In this document: one piece after another, positions 61,076-64,000 of the stretch
Layout of the letters: every line of letters begins with the position of its first letter
How positions within the stretch are numbered: position 1 is the first letter of the stretch
Assembly (NCBI GenBank): GCA_964571255.1
Contig: CAZNAA010000001.1
Coordinates: 551,674-615,673, forward strand
DNA length: 64,000 nucleotides
Source of the DNA: an uncultured Gammaproteobacteria bacterium
Lineage (GTDB): Bacteria; Patescibacteriota; Microgenomatia; Levybacterales; UBA12049
Reading direction: 5' to 3'
Program-made: the position numbers and the translations under genes
Notes under the pieces: model-generated
Told to the model about the DNA's origin: nothing
What the model saw: the letters and a program-made list of their open reading frames with translations, nothing else
Databases searched by the model: none

Positions 61076-61724
61076 CTGTTTGACCTGATTCAATATTAAG
61101 AAATCTAATCCCTTGCTTGAGGAAATATTGCTCAAGTCTGGCATATACTCCTTTTCTTGCCTCATCTTTCCAATGCCAATCATGGATGGGGATAATTATT
61201 TTTGGAGCTAGTTTTTCAGCTAATTCCACGGCTTCAGTCACATCTCCCCACGGAGCTTGAAGAGGAAGTGCCAAAACCGATGAGCTGGTATGAAAACTGA
61301 AAGAATCTCCGGGATGAGTAAGAGTATTAAAAACAGTAAAGAGTGAGTTTTGGGGCATCTCAGACACTCCAAAGACTCTTTCATGAACGACTTCCTCACT
61401 TGTTATCCAGGAGGGAATTGCATTATTCACATTGGGTGAAACTTGTTTCAAAACCTGAGCTAGCTCAGTATTGGTAACAATTTGAACTTGAGGAAATTTT
61501 CTAAGGATATCCTGAAGAAAAGGAACGTGGTAGTGATCTTGATGCTCGTGAGTAATAATCACGACGTCTAGCTTTGAAAGAGATGAGAGATCTAAAAGAT
61601 GAGAATCATACGAGTATTCCCCAGGATCAAAAAGTACTGCATAGCCATCATGCTCAACAAGAAGACAAGAATGAACATATTTCGTGATTTGCATACGGCT
61701 AGTATAACAAATTATTTTGTACAA
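61059..61724 (-). CDS. Metallo-beta-lactamase-fold hydrolase
   Basis: HxHxDH motif VVIITHEHQDHYH. Confidence 0.6.
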   Translation of the reverse strand: MYKIICYTSRMQITKYVHSCLLVEHDGYAVLFDPGEYSYDSHLLDLSSLSKLDVVIITHEHQDHYHVPFLQDILRKFPQVQIVTNTELAQVLKQVSPNVNNAIPSWITSEEVVHERVFGVSEMPQNSLFTVFNTLTHPGDSFSFHTSSSVLALPLQAPWGDVTEAVELAEKLAPKIIIPIHDWHWKDEARKGVYARLEQYFLKQGIRFLNIESGQTVTLEV

Positions 61725-62391
61725 TAGACTTATGGATTTATTTACTTCACTTACTTTATGGATTAGCTGCTGGTTAGTGGTAAAAGGAATTGCGTATTTT
61801 TTTTCAGCTAATGGACAATATTATATTGATAAAACAGCTTTTTTTGCAGGACATTTCTTTCTATCAGCTGTTATCTGTTACTTTCTTTTTCAGCCTGCAA
61901 TTATTCCCTACCTTCTCACAATAACTCCTGCGTCTCTCATTCTTCTTGCGATATTCCTTATCGGAGTAATTCTTCTTCACTGGAACTCCCACCGACTATT
62001 TCCAGTTGAGCAACTCATGAGTAATAAGTATGTGTTTACTCGGTTTGATAAACGGTATGTGTTTGCCAAAATCTTTGATATTACCTATCAACAAACACTT
62101 ATTGTTGCTCTTGTCTCAATACTTGTAGCACATGGGTATTCACATACTACTATTTATCTCTTATTCGCTTTTCTTTTTGGAACTCTTCATCTTCCACTAA
62201 TTAAAATTCGGGGAAGAGTATTTGGAGTATATTTCACTCTTGCAGCCGTTTGTGCAGGTTTTTTCTTTCCTTATTTACTTATCCACCTTGAATCAGGAGT
62301 AGTATATAGCTATATACTTCACTGGAGTTTTTATCTTGTCTCAGCACTCCTTTATAATCAGCATAAATATCTTCATCGCAATCACGATTGA
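61717..62391 (+). CDS. Polytopic membrane protein, hypothetical
   Basis: About 6 TM. No catalytic motif recognised. Confidence 0.35.
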   Translation: MYNRLMDLFTSLTLWISCWLVVKGIAYFFSANGQYYIDKTAFFAGHFFLSAVICYFLFQPAIIPYLLTITPASLILLAIFLIGVILLHWNSHRLFPVEQLMSNKYVFTRFDKRYVFAKIFDITYQQTLIVALVSILVAHGYSHTTIYLLFAFLFGTLHLPLIKIRGRVFGVYFTLAAVCAGFFFPYLLIHLESGVVYSYILHWSFYLVSALLYNQHKYLHRNHD

Positions 62392-62423
62392 CATCTCTAT
62401 AAGCCTTAACTATAATCTTTTTC

Positions 62424-63155
62424 ATGGCAATAAATGAATACTATATACCCAACAAATCCGAGGATATTTCTGGTAGGTTTCCTTTTATGTCTAAAGATTC
62501 AAAACCAGGATATAAAACAGATCTTGAAGCTGTTGCTTTAAAACGAGCAAATAGAGAGTCATTTGATCGAGGAGTGCCAGTAGTAACAGGTCCTTTAAAA
62601 ACTGTTTTTTCCCATGAAGAAGTGTTAACCCAATATGGATTTTCTTGGTATCTGCATAGTTTATATAAAGGCTTACAATCTGATAGTAGCCCAATTCAAA
62701 CGACTCATTTAGCTATAGATATCCCTTTTGATGATAACGAACAACCAGATAAAGGAGTACTAACTATTCCTGAACGCTTAAGAAAAGTAGCGGCCAAAAT
62801 TGAAGGAGGAATCACTAATATCAAAGTTCTGGTACCTGTCTCTTCATCAGAAAAATACGCACAAATTATTTTTGATATCGACTATTCTCATTTTTCTCCA
62901 AAACAACAAGAAGCTATCCTTCGTATTTCTCCAGGAACTACAATTATACAAAGAGTTACTCCACCATCACTACCAACAGGAGAGATGAGTAAAAAACCAA
63001 AAGCAGAAAGTGATGTGGATAAGGGGCAAGCGCTATATATTATCGCATCAACTGCAGCTCAAAGAAACCAGATGGACATACTGACTTTTGCCGAATCACT
63101 TGGACTCAAAAGAGGTGCTTTTCGTGAAACCATGACTGGAAGACGGCCACTATAA
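62424..63155 (+). CDS. Hypothetical protein
   Basis: 243-aa ORF with no recognisable domain. Confidence 0.35.
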   Translation: MAINEYYIPNKSEDISGRFPFMSKDSKPGYKTDLEAVALKRANRESFDRGVPVVTGPLKTVFSHEEVLTQYGFSWYLHSLYKGLQSDSSPIQTTHLAIDIPFDDNEQPDKGVLTIPERLRKVAAKIEGGITNIKVLVPVSSSEKYAQIIFDIDYSHFSPKQQEAILRISPGTTIIQRVTPPSLPTGEMSKKPKAESDVDKGQALYIIASTAAQRNQMDILTFAESLGLKRGAFRETMTGRRPL

Positions 63156-63289
63156 CCTCAATACATATCGAATATGTTAACAAGGGCTCGAGGACTATTT
63201 ACTCCACAAGAGCGAGCTGAGATAAGAAGAATCTACGGTATCTAATAACGTCTACAGAAAGGGAAATAATTTTTTAATAAAACCCGGAG

Positions 63290-63763
63290 TTAATACTTGA
63301 AGTGAGAGAAGGCTTTGTTTGCGTCTGCTTGTTTTTGCATAAGATCTTTTTTACGAGCTGCATCTCCTAGGTTTTGGAGTGCGTCTTGGAATTCTTGAGC
63401 TAGTTTCTCAGCAAAAGAATGGAATTCTTTATTTGATCTTTTATTGGCTGCTTCAATAATCCATCGAATAGCAAGAGAAGTTCGTCTTTCAGGTCGAACT
63501 TCCATAGGAATTTGATAGGATGCTCCTCCAACTCTACGAGCCTTTACTTCTTGTTTTGGACTAATATTTTGAATGGCTTTTTCAAAAGTCTCAAGAGGTT
63601 CTTGTCCTTTTTCTTTAAGAATGTCCAAAGCTTTATATACTTGCTCTTGTGCAGTACTCTTTTTTCCATCAAACATGACTCGGTTAATAAATCGAGCAAG
63701 CAAAACGCTATTATACATTCTGTCTGGGGTAATACTTCGTCGTGGTGCTTTTTTGTGTCTCAT
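63290..63763 (-). CDS. rpsG: 30S ribosomal protein S7
   Basis: FINRVMFDGKKSTAQ...RRVGGASYQIPMEVRPERR...NKAFSHFKY. Confidence 0.85.
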   Translation of the reverse strand: MRHKKAPRRSITPDRMYNSVLLARFINRVMFDGKKSTAQEQVYKALDILKEKGQEPLETFEKAIQNISPKQEVKARRVGGASYQIPMEVRPERRTSLAIRWIIEAANKRSNKEFHSFAEKLAQEFQDALQNLGDAARKKDLMQKQADANKAFSHFKY

Positions 63764-63772
63764 ATATTTTAT

Positions 63773-64000
63773 TTAGTTTTTGCCATTTTGGCTCCATAAA
63801 TACTTCTACTCGTTTTTCGTCCTTCAACTCCAGCTAAATCAAATTTCCCTCGAATTAAATGATATTTTACTCCTGGTAAGTCTTTGACACGTCCTCCTCG
63901 AACTAATACGATACCGTGTTCTGCTAAGTTGTGTCCTACTCCTTGAATGTATGCTGTAACTTCAGACTTATTTGATAGTTTGACACGAGCAACTTTACGA
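63773..64000 (-). CDS. rpsL: 30S ribosomal protein S12 (3' part; gene continues beyond the window end)
   Basis: The reverse complement encodes ...[65 protein letters not shown] stop at 63773-63775. Confidence 0.85.

Noticed and set aside
63174-63245. 23-aa ORF in the rpsG-proximal intergenic region
   Set aside because: Too short, no SD, no conservation signal. More likely 3' UTR or terminator region.

Overview
This 64 kb window is a low-GC, gene-dense bacterial chromosome segment with almost no intergenic space and a roughly 25 kb run of genes all on the minus strand. The gene content suggests a Patescibacteria/CPR-like organism: a truncated 106-aa TsaB, DUF3048 and DUF4446 proteins, many Pro/Thr-linker surface proteins and a strongly housekeeping-dominated gene set. 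I could not verify this placement from sequence alone. Core genes I can support: rpsL (partial), rpsG, rpsT, groES/groEL, secA, secD/secF, lepA, serS, an archaeal-type aspS, prfB, recJ, cca, tkt, murJ, ftsE/ftsX and a tsaE-tsaC-tsaB cluster. There is a large cell-envelope glycosylation locus at about 15.9-25.6 kb (ArnT-like GT-C glycosyltransferase, GT2-GtrA fusion, gmd/rmd-like, ugd, rfbABCD). A secreted GH5 cellulase with triplicated binding modules runs off the 5' edge of the window. Three Nudix hydrolases are scattered through the window. No rRNA, tRNA or CRISPR array was found by eye. The most unusual stretch is 39.4-45.0 kb. It looks GC-richer by eye and sits between an AlkA-like glycosylase gene and secA. 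It encodes two large proteins with no recognisable homologs (491 aa and about 760 aa, the latter membrane-anchored with PT linker, tandem repeats and a duplicated C-terminal domain). A small acidic protein follows the large one 3 nt downstream. The stretch also carries a 2H phosphoesterase and a free-standing HNH endonuclease. Other notable items: an FtsEX operon whose partner hydrolase is a coiled-coil plus C39-like cysteine peptidase; two tiny CPNCG zinc-ribbon proteins; and at least five genes with a sigma70-like -10 hexamer 4-8 nt before the ATG and no Shine-Dalgarno sequence, which suggests leaderless mRNAs.
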